A stretch of DNA of 64,000 nt, taken from a bacterium (GTDB taxonomy: Bacteria; UBA8248; JACPRG01; G963555815). The notes under the pieces were generated by a model. That model saw only the letters and a list, made by a program, of their open reading frames with translations. It was not told the DNA's origin and ran no database searches. Within the stretch, counting starts at the first letter, position 1; each line of letters begins with the position of its first letter. Positions 37,909 to 47,990 of the stretch are shown here, piece after piece. The stretch is taken from positions 32,001 to 96,000 of the forward strand of contig CBDHDG010000001.1 in NCBI GenBank assembly GCA_965261595.1. Reading direction: 5' to 3'. A program made the translations under genes and the position numbers.

Positions 37909-40251
37909 TCAGTAAAGGTCCATCGGATCGACGTCCACCCCCAACCGCACGCCGGAGGGCGGGCGGAGGTCCTCCTCCATCCGCCGCCGCGCCGCGCTCA
38001 CGACCCGCCCCAGCTTCCGGACGGACGCCTCTTTGAGGACCACCTGCCAGCGGAACCTGTTCTGAAGCTTTCCGAAGACGCCGGGCGCGGGACCGAGAAT
38101 CTCCGGAACGCCTTTTCCGGCCCCCCCCCCCTCGCGCGCCGCAAGGTTTGTCAGGGCCAAGGCCAAACGGCCGGCGAACTTTTCGGTCTTCTCCGCCGAT
38201 TCGCCCTCGATTCGGAACCGAACCATGCGTGTGTAGGGGGGATAGGCCAGATCACGGCGGAATCGGAGCTCTTCCTGAACAAACCCCTCGTAATCATGAG
38301 CGGCGGCGTGGAGGACGGCGTAGTGATCGGGCCGGTACGTCTGGATGATCACCTCGCCCGGAACCTGCCCGCGCCCCGCCCTTCCGGAAACCTGCGTCAG
38401 GAGTTGAAACGTCCTTTCCCCCGACCGGAAATCGGGGATGTTGATGGTCGCGTCGGCCAGGAGCACGCCCACCAGTGTAATCCCCGGATAATCGTGGCCC
38501 TTGGCCACCATTTGCGTCCCCACCAGGATGTCAATCTCGCCCCGCGAGACGGCGCCGAGAATCCGTCCGTGCGCCCCCCGGCTTCGCGTTGTATCGCGGT
38601 CCATCCTCACGACGCGCGCGGCGGGAAACAACGCCCGGAGCGAGTCCTCCACCCGCTGCGTCCCCACCCCTTTCGTGTCCAGGTTCAAGCCGGAGCAATC
38701 CGGACATTTTTCAGGCACCCGGGCGTGATGGCCGCAATAGTGGCACCGCAGACTCCGGCCGGAGAGGTGGAAGGTCAACGAAACGCTGCAAGCCGGGCAA
38801 TCCGCCGTCCAGCCGCAATCGCGGCACTGCACACAGGAGGCGAACCCCCGCCGATTGAGGAAGAGAAGCGACTGCTCTTTGCGATCCAGGCGCGCGGCAA
38901 GGGCGTCGATCAACCGCCCGGAAAAGATTCCGTCTCCCCGTTCCGCGCCGTCCATCACCTGTCCGGCCTTCTTTCTCAGGTCCACGACGCTCACCTGGGG
39001 AAGGGGCCGGTCTTCGACCCGCTTGGGGAGGCTCAGGCGCTCATATTTTTCGGTTTCTCCATTGAAGAAACTCTCCAGGGACGGAGTGGCCGACCCCAGG
39101 ACAACGCAGGCCCCCGCCTGCCGCGCCCGGACCACGGCGACATCCCGCGCGTTGTATCGCGGGGTCTCCTCCTGCTTGTACGACGCCTCGTGCTCCTCGT
39201 CCACGACGATCAATCCCAGTCGGCGCACCGGCGCGAACACCGAGGACCGGGCGCCGACGATGATGGAGGCGGCCCCCGCGGCGGCCCGGCGCCACTGGTG
39301 GATCCGCCCGGCCGGCGTCAGCCCGCTGTGGAGCTCCGCCACCCGCTCGCCGAACCGCGCCCGGAACCGCTCCAAAAGCTGGGGCGTCAAGGCGATTTCC
39401 GGGACCAGGACAATCACATCGCGGCCGAGGGCCAGCACCCGGTCGATGGCCCGCAGATAGACCTCCGTCTTGCCGCTTCCGGTGACGCCCCGCAACAGAA
39501 ACGCATGGAATCCCCCGGACTCGACCCCCGCGACGACCGCCTTCAAGGCTCGCTCCTGATGCGCGTTGAGGATCAGGGGAGACCCCGCGGGCGAGTGCGT
39601 TCCCGGCGGGATCATATCCTCCGGCGCCACCTCCCGGAGCCGGAGCCAGCCGCGGCCCACCAGGGCCTTGAGGGGAGCGGACCTCAGGTTTTCGGGAAGA
39701 GACATCAGGCTCACGCCCGTCTGAACGATCTCGATCTGGGGGTCCCGTCCGGCGGCTTCCAACACCCGGCCGAGGAGCTCCCGCTGCCGGGGAGAGCGTC
39801 GCAGCGCCCGGTCGATCTCTTCTTGAGGCGGCAGGTGTCCGAGCACGCAGATCCGCCGCCGCGCGGCGTTGCTTCGCCCCCCGCCCCCCCCTCCCCCCCG
39901 CCCGCCTCCGCCGGGCAGGGCGGCCTTGAGGACCTCTCCCCAACCCGCGCAATAATAATCCGCCATCCAACGGGTGAGGCGGAGGACGTCTTGGGAAAGG
40001 ACCAGGCCATCGTCCAGCACGGAGGAGACGTCGAGGATCTTCTTGGCCTCGCCCGGCTGATCGGAGGCGGCGACGACGACGCCCGTCAGGACCCTTCCGC
40101 CGAACGGCACGCGGACCCGCTCGCCGCGCCGCGGACGCTTCCGGTCCCGCATGGACTCCGGCACCCGGTAGGTGAACGTTCGGTCCACCGGGATGGGGAT
40201 CGCCACCTCGACAAATTCAGGGGATCGTTCCGTGGGCGAATGGCTTTTCAT
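37909..40251 (-). CDS. priA: Primosomal protein N'
   Basis: GVTGSGKTEVY, PEIALTPQ, VDEEHE, SATPS, Cys-rich region, QVSGRAGR motifs. Confidence 0.97.
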   Translation of the reverse strand: MKSHSPTERSPEFVEVAIPIPVDRTFTYRVPESMRDRKRPRRGERVRVPFGGRVLTGVVVAASDQPGEAKKILDVSSVLDDGLVLSQDVLRLTRWMADYYCAGWGEVLKAALPGGGGRGGGGGGGRSNAARRRICVLGHLPPQEEIDRALRRSPRQRELLGRVLEAAGRDPQIEIVQTGVSLMSLPENLRSAPLKALVGRGWLRLREVAPEDMIPPGTHSPAGSPLILNAHQERALKAVVAGVESGGFHAFLLRGVTGSGKTEVYLRAIDRVLALGRDVIVLVPEIALTPQLLERFRARFGERVAELHSGLTPAGRIHQWRRAAAGAASIIVGARSSVFAPVRRLGLIVVDEEHEASYKQEETPRYNARDVAVVRARQAGACVVLGSATPSLESFFNGETEKYERLSLPKRVEDRPLPQVSVVDLRKKAGQVMDGAERGDGIFSGRLIDALAARLDRKEQSLLFLNRRGFASCVQCRDCGWTADCPACSVSLTFHLSGRSLRCHYCGHHARVPEKCPDCSGLNLDTKGVGTQRVEDSLRALFPAARVVRMDRDTTRSRGAHGRILGAVSRGEIDILVGTQMVAKGHDYPGITLVGVLLADATINIPDFRSGERTFQLLTQVSGRAGRGQVPGEVIIQTYRPDHYAVLHAAAHDYEGFVQEELRFRRDLAYPPYTRMVRFRIEGESAEKTEKFAGRLALALTNLAAREGGGAGKGVPEILGPAPGVFGKLQNRFRWQVVLKEASVRKLGRVVSAARRRMEEDLRPPSGVRLGVDVDPMDLY

Positions 40252-40311
40252 ATCAAAAGGCGGGTTCGAATAATCCGCAAATTCATGAGCCTTTAAAAAG
40301 ACTTTGGAATG

Positions 40312-40544
40312 ATCCACAGATTACACAGATTGCACGGATTATCAAAAAACAAGACGACACCTTTCAAAACGAGAAAGCGGGACGCCCTCAACTCCGATAC
40401 GGGGTTTTTGGCTTTTCGCGCGGAAACTTCCGGCCTTTTCGAATGTGTCGATTTTTTCGACTCGGCAACGATCTTGGGATCATTCACAGATTTCAGAGGG
40501 GTCCGGTTTTTCAAATCCGTATAATCTGTGTAATCTGTGGATTC
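40312..40544. repeat. Inverted pair of ACACAGATT-family repeats bracketing ~230 bp
   Basis: ATCCACAGATTACACAGATTGCACGGATT (40312-40340) versus AATCCGTATAATCTGTGTAATCTGTGGAT (40514-40542). Confidence 0.78.
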
Positions 40545-40638
40545 ATTCCATTTTTAGAATTTGACGCACCATTGTGAGTCACCCGGCGGGGCCTGGCAAG
40601 ACGAACCCCGAACCAACCCGAAGAAGCGGAGAAGAAGA

Positions 40639-41391
40639 ATGATTCTGGAAGGGAAGACCGCAATCATCACCGGGCCGGCGACGGGGATCGGCGCGGCAAC
40701 GGCCCGCCGCTTTTCACGCGAAGGGGCGAACCTCGCCCTGGTGGACATCGATGAATCCGGCCTGGCCGGAATCGAGCGGGCGTGCCGGGAGAACGGGGCG
40801 AACGTGCTGCGCCTGGCGAAAGACGTCTCGGATCTCGCCGTCATGGATGAGATCGCGGAGAAAACGGCGGAGGCCTTCGGGGGCATTGACATCCTCGTCA
40901 ACAACGCCGCCGTCCGGGAGTTCAAACCATTCCTGGAGGTGCGGCCCGAGGATTTCTCCAAGGCGCTGGAGGTGAACGTCGCCGGTTACTTTTTCATGAT
41001 CCAGAAGGTTCTTCCGTACATGATCGAGCGCGGCGGCGGGAAGATCATCAACCTGGCGTCCATCTTCGGGTTCGTGGGCTGCCTGGGCCTTTCGACCTAT
41101 TGCGTCACCAAGGGCGCCGTCGTCAACATGACCCGGACGCTCGCCCTGGAGCTGGCGGACAAGAACATCCGCGTCAACGCCATCGCCTCGGGCCCCATCG
41201 AAACGGAAGGGCTGAAGAAGGTGGTCGCGTCGGACCCCGCGCTGATGGAACAAAGGGTGCGGGACGTGGCCATGCGCCGCTTGGGAACGACGGAGGAGGT
41301 GGCCGAAGCGTGCCTCTTTCTCGCCGGCGACGCCTCGAGCTACGTCAACGGCCACAACCTGGTCGCGGACGGCGGATATTTGACGCACTGA
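40639..41391 (+). CDS. SDR family oxidoreductase
   Basis: TGPATGIG, LVNNA, YCVTK, IRVN motifs. Confidence 0.92.
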   Translation: MILEGKTAIITGPATGIGAATARRFSREGANLALVDIDESGLAGIERACRENGANVLRLAKDVSDLAVMDEIAEKTAEAFGGIDILVNNAAVREFKPFLEVRPEDFSKALEVNVAGYFFMIQKVLPYMIERGGGKIINLASIFGFVGCLGLSTYCVTKGAVVNMTRTLALELADKNIRVNAIASGPIETEGLKKVVASDPALMEQRVRDVAMRRLGTTEEVAEACLFLAGDASSYVNGHNLVADGGYLTH

Positions 41392-41521
41392 GCGATGGTT
41401 TCCCGGTCCGTTCGGCGTCCCACCGCCACCGGGGGGAGGGGGGGGGCGGGGAAACCCGTGGAAGGGCGGCGGCGCCGGACGACGCGCCGAAAGCTCGCGC
41501 CGCTCCGGCTCGAAGGAGGAA

Positions 41522-41998
41522 ATGTCCATGACGCCGGCCGACCACGATCACTTCATGGGATTGGCCATCGAGGAATCCCGCCTGGCCCTGGAGGCGGGCA
41601 ACGCCCCCGTCGGGTCCGTCATCGTCCGGGACGGAGAAGTCATCGGGCGCGGGTGGAACCGTGTCAACTCGGACGCGAATCCGACCCTCCACGGCGAGAC
41701 CGACGCCATCCGGGACGCTTGTGAAAACCTCGGGACGCCGGACCTCTCCGGCGCCATCCTCTTTACAGCGATGGAGCCCTGTCCCATGTGCTGCTGGGCC
41801 ATCGTGGAAGCGGGAATCGAACGGCTGGTCCTGGGCGCCCGGCACGCGGACATGAAAAGGACGGACTACGGGGATTATTCCGTCGAGAAGCTCTTGACGA
41901 TGGCGAACAGAAAGTTGCACATCGTCACGGGCGTCCGGTCGGCCGAGTGCGAGGCCCTCCGGAGAAGCTGGCCGGGGTGGAGAGAGCCGCGGGCGTAA
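41522..41998 (+). CDS. Zn-dependent nucleoside/nucleobase deaminase (cytidine deaminase fold)
   Basis: HGE and EPCPMC motifs. Confidence 0.9.
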   Translation: MSMTPADHDHFMGLAIEESRLALEAGNAPVGSVIVRDGEVIGRGWNRVNSDANPTLHGETDAIRDACENLGTPDLSGAILFTAMEPCPMCCWAIVEAGIERLVLGARHADMKRTDYGDYSVEKLLTMANRKLHIVTGVRSAECEALRRSWPGWREPRA

Positions 41999-42086
41999 TC
42001 CCTTGCTTTCCCGGGGTGCGAACCCATCTCTTGAATCCTGAAACCGCGAGGGAAGCCGGGTCCGGCAATCGAAAGGAGGTGGACCG

Positions 42087-42917
42087 ATGAGCCGTTGGAT
42101 CCAGGAGATGACGTGGCCGGACATCGCCGAACACCTGGAGAGGGGGAGGGGGGACACGGTGCTCGTGCCCGTAGGCGCAACGGAGCAGCACGGGCGGCAC
42201 TGCCCGATGGGGACGGACGCGGCGGAGGCCGTCGCCACGGCGGAAGGCGTCGCCGAAAGGACGGATGCGCTGATCGCCCCGCCCCTCTGGTTCGGCTGGT
42301 CGCCCCATCACTTGGCGTTTCCCGGAACCATTTCCCTTTCGGCGGACACACTGACCCGTGCGGCGGAGGACGTCTGTCACAGCCTCATCCATCACGGTTT
42401 CAAACATCTCGTCATTCTCAACGGCCACCGGGTCGCCAACCTGGCGCCGCTGGAGATAGCCATGGTCCGCGTGCGGAATACAACCGGCGCGGCGGTGGCC
42501 CTGGTGGACCTGGCCCTGGTGGCGGGAAAGGAGATTCGGGCCGTTTGCGAGAGCCCGCCGGGCGGCATCGGCCACGCGTGCGAGTCCGAAACGTCATTCA
42601 TGCTTTACAAGCACCCCGGCCTGGTTAAGATGGACGAGGCGGTGGACCGGATTCCCGAGATGGGCGAATTTGAACACCGGTTCGTCTCGGTGGACCACGC
42701 GGTGAACAGGATTGAGAACGTCAAGCTGTCCTTTCCGCCGACCATCGAGGAGTACGGCGGGGACGGGAAGGTCTCAGGCGTGGGAGGCGCCCCGACCCTG
42801 GCAACAGCGGAAAAAGGAGAGAAGATCTATGATGCGATCGTCGCCAATACGGTCCGATTCGTGGAGTCGTTCAAGGAAGTTCCCGTGACCATCAAGGGAA
42901 CTTTCCCCCCGCTTTGA
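42087..42917 (+). CDS. Creatininase-family amidohydrolase
   Basis: PVGATEQHG.H.P.GTD, SPHH..FPGT, NGH..N, HA.E.ETS motifs. Confidence 0.92.
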   Translation: MSRWIQEMTWPDIAEHLERGRGDTVLVPVGATEQHGRHCPMGTDAAEAVATAEGVAERTDALIAPPLWFGWSPHHLAFPGTISLSADTLTRAAEDVCHSLIHHGFKHLVILNGHRVANLAPLEIAMVRVRNTTGAAVALVDLALVAGKEIRAVCESPPGGIGHACESETSFMLYKHPGLVKMDEAVDRIPEMGEFEHRFVSVDHAVNRIENVKLSFPPTIEEYGGDGKVSGVGGAPTLATAEKGEKIYDAIVANTVRFVESFKEVPVTIKGTFPPL

Positions 42918-43142
42918 CCGGACCGGCCGGGCATGGAAAGTTTCAAAGAGCGGGCCGGGCCGCCCGGGAGATGGACCCAAGCCAAACCCGCGCGGGAATT
43001 GGCAAATTCCGGCTGTTCATGTTATTCTCCCGCCATCGGCGGTAGGAGATGGGAAACGCGATTCCCCCGAATGCGCCTTTCCTTTTTCCGGCCGAGAAGG
43101 GCGGGCTGTATACCGAAAAGTGTCCGTGGGAGCAGGGTTGTG

Positions 43143-43391
43143 ATGGGGCGAATACTGAGATTGGTGATCGGTGTGATGATGGTTCTGACCCTGGGGGCTT
43201 GCGCCCTCTCCGACTCCTTCGGTGATGTGGATCGGGAGCCGATGTCGGATTTCGAGATTAATCGATACCGCTATGAGTTTTACCTGAAAATGGTTCCGGC
43301 GCAACGCAATTATTATGAGGGATTGGACCGCCCCTGGGTTATTGGACACTCGGGTGAGGGTATTCGACCTCATGCGGCCTCCGCAACTTGA
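43143..43391 (+). pseudogene. Small lipoprotein truncated at 43323 by IS3 copy 2
   Basis: Signal peptide MGRILRLVIGVMMVLTLGAC (lipobox LGAC); frame runs into the IS end. Confidence 0.6.
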
Positions 43392-44278
43392 GCGAGTTTT
43401 TCCTGCCTTGCCTGGGCCGGCGTTCGGTAGCCGTAGCCCTCGAGAATCCAATGATGGTTGTACAGGTTTTTGAACTCAAGCAGCGCCCACCGCAGTTCCT
43501 CTACGGTGGCGAAAGAGCGCACCCACAGGAGATTCTCCTTTAAGATGCGGATGAACCACTCACAGTAGCCATTTCCCTCGGGCGCCCGCACGAAGCTGGG
43601 CGAACTGGTCATGCCCAGGTAGGCGATCTCCCGCTGAAAGTCATCGGACAGATAGGCGGGGCCGTGGTCGTGACGAACTTTAAGCCCCTCGGCGACGTCC
43701 GCCTCCAAGCCGGCGAAGCGCTCGGCGACCCCCTGCCGGATCGGCTCCAGGGCCTCGAAGCGGTTGCCGCTCTTGGCCGCATGGATCCCCACGCAGTCCA
43801 CCGAGCAGTGATCCACCGCCACGAACACCGAGGCCACCCCCTCCTCGGTGGTCACCGTCGTCGTCATGTCCGTGCCCCACATTCGGTCGGGCCGCTCGGT
43901 GCGGATGGTCCCGTTGTGGGCCTTGGGACCTCGGGGTTTGCCCACCCGGTGGGGGGCCTGAAGCCCCGCCTCCCGCATCAGGCGACGCACCCGCTCCTTG
44001 CTGGTGCGGATGCCCGCGAAGCGCAGCCTCGCCCACACCTTGCGGTAGCCCTCGCCATGGAAGGGAGAGTCCTCCAGGACCTGCCGGATGTGGCCGAGGA
44101 GTTCCGCATCGGTGCACGGGCCCACAGGGCCGCGCTTATTGGGCGTGGGGCGTTCATGAACGGGGACCGCCTCTCGCCGCCGTTGCGCGTAGACCGTGGA
44201 GCGCGCCAAGCCCCAAAGGGCGCACACCCGCTTCAGGCCGTAGGCTCTGCCCGTGGAGGTGAAGCGGGCCTGACTCAT
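43370..44278 (-). CDS. IS3-family transposase OrfB
   Basis: As in copy 1, with two M/V differences. Confidence 0.92.
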   Translation of the reverse strand: MSQARFTSTGRAYGLKRVCALWGLARSTVYAQRRREAVPVHERPTPNKRGPVGPCTDAELLGHIRQVLEDSPFHGEGYRKVWARLRFAGIRTSKERVRRLMREAGLQAPHRVGKPRGPKAHNGTIRTERPDRMWGTDMTTTVTTEEGVASVFVAVDHCSVDCVGIHAAKSGNRFEALEPIRQGVAERFAGLEADVAEGLKVRHDHGPAYLSDDFQREIAYLGMTSSPSFVRAPEGNGYCEWFIRILKENLLWVRSFATVEELRWALLEFKNLYNHHWILEGYGYRTPAQARQEKLAQVAEAA

Positions 44279-44661
44279 CGCCTCCACCTCCTGCCGGCTA
44301 AAGGGCGGCCGGCCTCCAGGCGGTCGATCTTCTCCCGCAGGACCTCGCCCTCCATCGTGAGTTCGCCCACCTTGGCCTTGAGCCGGGCGTTCTCCTCGGC
44401 CCGCTCATCCGCCGGGCGGGCTTTGAGCGCCGCCTCGCCCCCGCGAAGGAACGCCTCGCGCCAGGCGGAAAGCCGAGCCGCTGTCGTGCCCAACTCGCGG
44501 CAGAGCGTCTCCAGGCTCTCGCCCCGCAAAAGACGCAGGACCGCCTCCCGCTTGCGCTGGCAGGAGAACCGACCCCGCTCACTGCGATGCCCTGGGGCCT
44601 TGGCTCCGTTCGCCCTGCGGGCGCCCTCCGCCAAAGCCCCCTCTTGCTTTTGTTCGTTCAT
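44275..44661 (-). CDS. IS3-family transposase OrfA
   Basis: As in copy 1, with one D/A difference. Confidence 0.9.
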   Translation of the reverse strand: MNEQKQEGALAEGARRANGAKAPGHRSERGRFSCQRKREAVLRLLRGESLETLCRELGTTAARLSAWREAFLRGGEAALKARPADERAEENARLKAKVGELTMEGEVLREKIDRLEAGRPLAGRRWRR

Positions 44662-44883
44662 CGCGACACCCCTTTCTCCATGAATCATGGATCAATCGAG
44701 TGTCCAACAAAACCCTAGAGCGGGGGAGCAGCCGGCTAGATACTCACCGTCCAATTCTATCTTGAGATTCTTTGAGTAGGCCCCCCACGACAGCTTCAGC
44801 CGTTTCGATCCGCCCTTTTCGAATGCAAACTGCTTTTTTGGCATCACCCCCCCCCTTTCTACGCTTAATGTTTCGCTTCTTTC

Positions 44884-45276
44884 TTATGAACCATCTCCCC
44901 TCGCAACCTTTAGCCCCGGCCCATTCCATATCAAATCCGGACGGGTCCGTCCCGGCCACTCGTTGCTGTTTAGCCGATTAGACCGCTCTCTGAGGAAATT
45001 GTCAACAGTTATGCTGATCCTGAAGCCCAAATTTTGCCGGAGTCGCTTGGCAAAAGGATGCCGTCCTGGCCTGTAAACGAACTGGACCGGCAGGTTAAGC
45101 GCCTTGGCCGTTGTGTGGACTCCGATTAGGACGCTAGACGCGGGACTGGGCGCAATCGGCTTATCCCGATCCAGATGAGGACAAAAACCATCCCTAAACA
45201 CGCCTAGCTCGGCCAACTTGAAGATGATCTGCCGGGCGTTGCGGGCGATCCTGTACCCCTTTTCGATGATCGTCAC
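44884..45276 (-). CDS. Hypothetical protein or gene remnant in a low-GC patch
   Basis: 130-aa ORF without recognisable motifs. Confidence 0.25.
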   Translation of the reverse strand: MTIIEKGYRIARNARQIIFKLAELGVFRDGFCPHLDRDKPIAPSPASSVLIGVHTTAKALNLPVQFVYRPGRHPFAKRLRQNLGFRISITVDNFLRERSNRLNSNEWPGRTRPDLIWNGPGLKVARGDGS

Positions 45277-45940
45277 CTAACACGCCTGCAGCGACCAGTG
45301 CCCTATGCGCCTCACGAGCAGCGGGGTGGCGCGGAAGGGTGGAGGCGGGGATTGATCTTGCCAGTTCTACGCGCGACCAGACGAGTACGAAAATGAAATC
45401 GCGAAAATTTTTTTAAAATATTTTCCTCAGCCCGCGAGAACGTCCGATAGCGTCATCTCGGCGCGTGAAAAGCGATCTTGGCATACCGGTCCCAGGAGGG
45501 CTGAGCTCGTAGATCTGCGTTCTGCTGAAAGAGCTAGCGAGAGAGCCTTTCAGCTCATAGCTGACCTGGGGCCGCGTGACGTGCAGAAATGGCGGGAATC
45601 GAAGACGGATAAGGGGGTTGCTGGCCTGCCCTTTTTCGAGCAAGAGGACGAACGGCAGATGGATCTCCAAAGCTCGTAGCTTTCGGCTACGCCACCAGCC
45701 TGAGGCCCTTGCGCTGATGCAGACGGCCAACTATTCTTAAACAGGTGTTACGGACACATCCCCCTGGGGACGCCAAAATAAATCAATTACTTACAAAGAC
45801 CCTGCCACCCTCCCCTCTTGCATGGTGTCCATATAGGTTGTCCAAGCGATGGATTGCGACCCGCTTGTGGCCTGCCCCGATTGTCCCCCGGCCCACATAG
45901 GCCGACCTCGGCCATTCTGGTATGCTGTCCAGGAAAAAGG

Positions 45941-46041
45941 AAAAAGGGGTCAGATCTATTTTTCGCGTCCCTTTTTTGTCCCCTATTTTTCGAAGTCAAC
46001 CGATATCGGTTATGACGGAAAAATAGATCTGTCCCCTTTTT
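45941..46041. repeat. Inverted repeat of the AAATAGATCTGTCCCCTTT type
   Basis: AAAAAGGGGTCAGATCTATTTTT (45941-45963) versus AAAAATAGATCTGTCCCCTTTTT (46019-46041), with internal GTCCC-T partial copies. Confidence 0.7.
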
Positions 46042-46195
46042 GTCATATCCCATATCCTATGCCCGGCTTTCGTTCAGCAGGTCGAGAACAACCTTTCGCA
46101 CAAAAGCCGAGAAGGCCCGGCGGGGCTTCCATCGTCCCGCGTCCTAGCCGACACTTCCGTGGTCGCGCCTATACCGGTCGAATAAGGAGATCTTG

Positions 46196-47470
46196 ATGTC
46201 GGACGAGAGCCCTCGAAACCAGAACGCCGCCGCTCCGCCGGCCCGGTGGATGTACCCCATCGCCGGCATTCTGATGATGCTCTGCATCGGAAACGTCTAC
46301 TCCTGGTCTGTCTTCGCAAAGCCGCTCTGGAAGGAGGGATTCGATCCCGCACAGACGACGTTCGCCTTCCAGATGAGCATCGTCATCTTCACGATCGCGA
46401 TGATCTTTGCGGGACGCTGGCAGGATAAGGCAGGGCCCCGGCCGGTTGCCGTCTTCTCCGGAATCATGATGGGCCTCGGGTTCATTCTCATCAAATGGTT
46501 CGGCCACACCGAGACCGGGATGCTCGTCTGCTTCTCCGGTATCGTCGGTATCGGCATGGGCGCCGGCTACGTCACGCCGCTCGCCACCGCGCTCAAGTGG
46601 TACCCGGACAAGCGCGGCCTCATGAGCGGCCTCGTCGCCTTGGGGATGGGCGCCGGCTCGATCTTCGGCGGCATGGGCGGCCCGATCCTCATCGAGCGCT
46701 ACGGCGTCTGGAACACCTTCGTCATCTTCGGCATCGTCTTCGGCGCCATCATCACGGGCTGCGGCCTTGTCTTGAAGAACTTGCCCGAGGGCTACCAGCC
46801 GCCCGTGCCCGTCTCGAAGGCCGGCGCCACGCCGGCGAAGCCCGCGGCCGTCTCGGTCGACTGGAGGGCTACCGAGATGTTGCGGACCGCTCCGTTTTAC
46901 CTGCTCTGGCTCGTATTCCTGATCGGCACCGGCGGCGGCCTGATGGTGATCTCGCAGACCGCGAACTTCGGCGAGGACATCGTCGGCCTCACGAATGTGG
47001 TCGCCGGCTCGGTCATCATGATTCTCGGTGTCTTCAACGGCGCCGGCCGCCCCGTATGCGGCGCGCTCTCGGACAAGATCGGCCGCCGCAACGTCATATT
47101 CGTCGCCTTCGCCGTCCAGATCCCCGCGCTCGTCTTCTTCCTCCCGAACGCATCGAGCTACTGGATGTACGCGATCGGAGTCGTGCTCATGGGCTTCTCG
47201 TACGGCGGCTTCCTCGGCACGATGCCCTCGATCACGTCCGACTACTACGGCCTCAAGAACGTCGGCCTCAACTACGCCTGGGTCTACACCGGCTGGGGCG
47301 CGGCCGGATACTTCGGCCCTCAGGTCGCCAAGGTGTTGGTCGGCGGCTCCGTCGACCGCAGCGACTGGAATCAGGCCTTCTACTTCATCGCCGGCGCCTG
47401 CGTCGTCGGGATGGTTCTCTGGTTCTTCACCAAGCCGCCCGTGAAGCAGGTCGAGGCCGTTCGGCCCTAG
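46196..47470 (+). CDS. OFA-family (oxalate:formate antiporter-like) MFS transporter
   Basis: GNVYSWSVF..P, GRWQDKAGPR, KWYPDKRGLMSG, GALSDKIGR, YG.KN.G.NY motifs; about 12 TM; AAGGAG RBS. Confidence 0.92.
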   Translation: MSDESPRNQNAAAPPARWMYPIAGILMMLCIGNVYSWSVFAKPLWKEGFDPAQTTFAFQMSIVIFTIAMIFAGRWQDKAGPRPVAVFSGIMMGLGFILIKWFGHTETGMLVCFSGIVGIGMGAGYVTPLATALKWYPDKRGLMSGLVALGMGAGSIFGGMGGPILIERYGVWNTFVIFGIVFGAIITGCGLVLKNLPEGYQPPVPVSKAGATPAKPAAVSVDWRATEMLRTAPFYLLWLVFLIGTGGGLMVISQTANFGEDIVGLTNVVAGSVIMILGVFNGAGRPVCGALSDKIGRRNVIFVAFAVQIPALVFFLPNASSYWMYAIGVVLMGFSYGGFLGTMPSITSDYYGLKNVGLNYAWVYTGWGAAGYFGPQVAKVLVGGSVDRSDWNQAFYFIAGACVVGMVLWFFTKPPVKQVEAVRP

Positions 47471-47688
47471 CTTCGCCAATATCCCGTCCACGGGACACTG
47501 GTGCGCAGGTTGTTCACCCGCGGAACGCGGAGCGCATTGAGATCCATACCACAAGCCGGCTGGGCACGGCGCGCATATGAGCAGCTCACCGTCGTGGGGC
47601 ATGGGATGACACTGGCGAAACACGCGCTGGCCTGGCCTGCAATGCGGTCAGGTCAAGGCATTCCCTGCGAGGTAAGCACGCCGAACGA

Positions 47689-47990
47689 CTACGCGGCTGT
47701 GCTCCACTCGTATCGGTGGTGGAGCCCGGCGACACGTGGAAGGGCTACGACCATCGCATCGGCCGACGGCCTCGGCTGCACTGGTCGGGGCTTGGGAGGG
47801 TCTTTGTCCAGACCGAGGTGGCAGCGGTCGTCATGATAGTAGTTCAGGTAATCGCGCACCAGACGGCAGAGGTGGACCTCATCGAGAACGATCACGTGGT
47901 TGAGCAAATCCTCTCGACAACTTCTGACCCAGCGCTCCGCGGTTCCATTTTGCCATGGACTTCGATACGTTGTGCGCTTGACCTTTATAC
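47689..47990 (-). pseudogene. 3' remnant of an integrase-core (rve-type) transposase
   Basis: Frame reads KVKRTTYRSPWQNGTAERWVRSCREDLLNHVIVLDEVHL...YYH..RCHLGLDKD...GLHHRYE; 5' part missing. Confidence 0.8.

Larger units (their letters stand above)
43324..44728 (-). mobile_element. IS3-family insertion sequence, copy 2 (1405 bp), no target duplication
   Basis: Reverse complement of 4648-6052 with a few substitutions (3 amino-acid differences); flanks GAT / CAG. Confidence 0.93.

Noticed and set aside
35704..40544. ACACAGATT repeats and the 17-bp tandem as a CRISPR array
   Set aside because: No regular repeat-spacer periodicity and no cas genes
44744..44959. 71-aa basic ORF next to IS3 copy 2
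   Set aside because: No recognisable motif or RBS; probably debris or a frameshifted remnant
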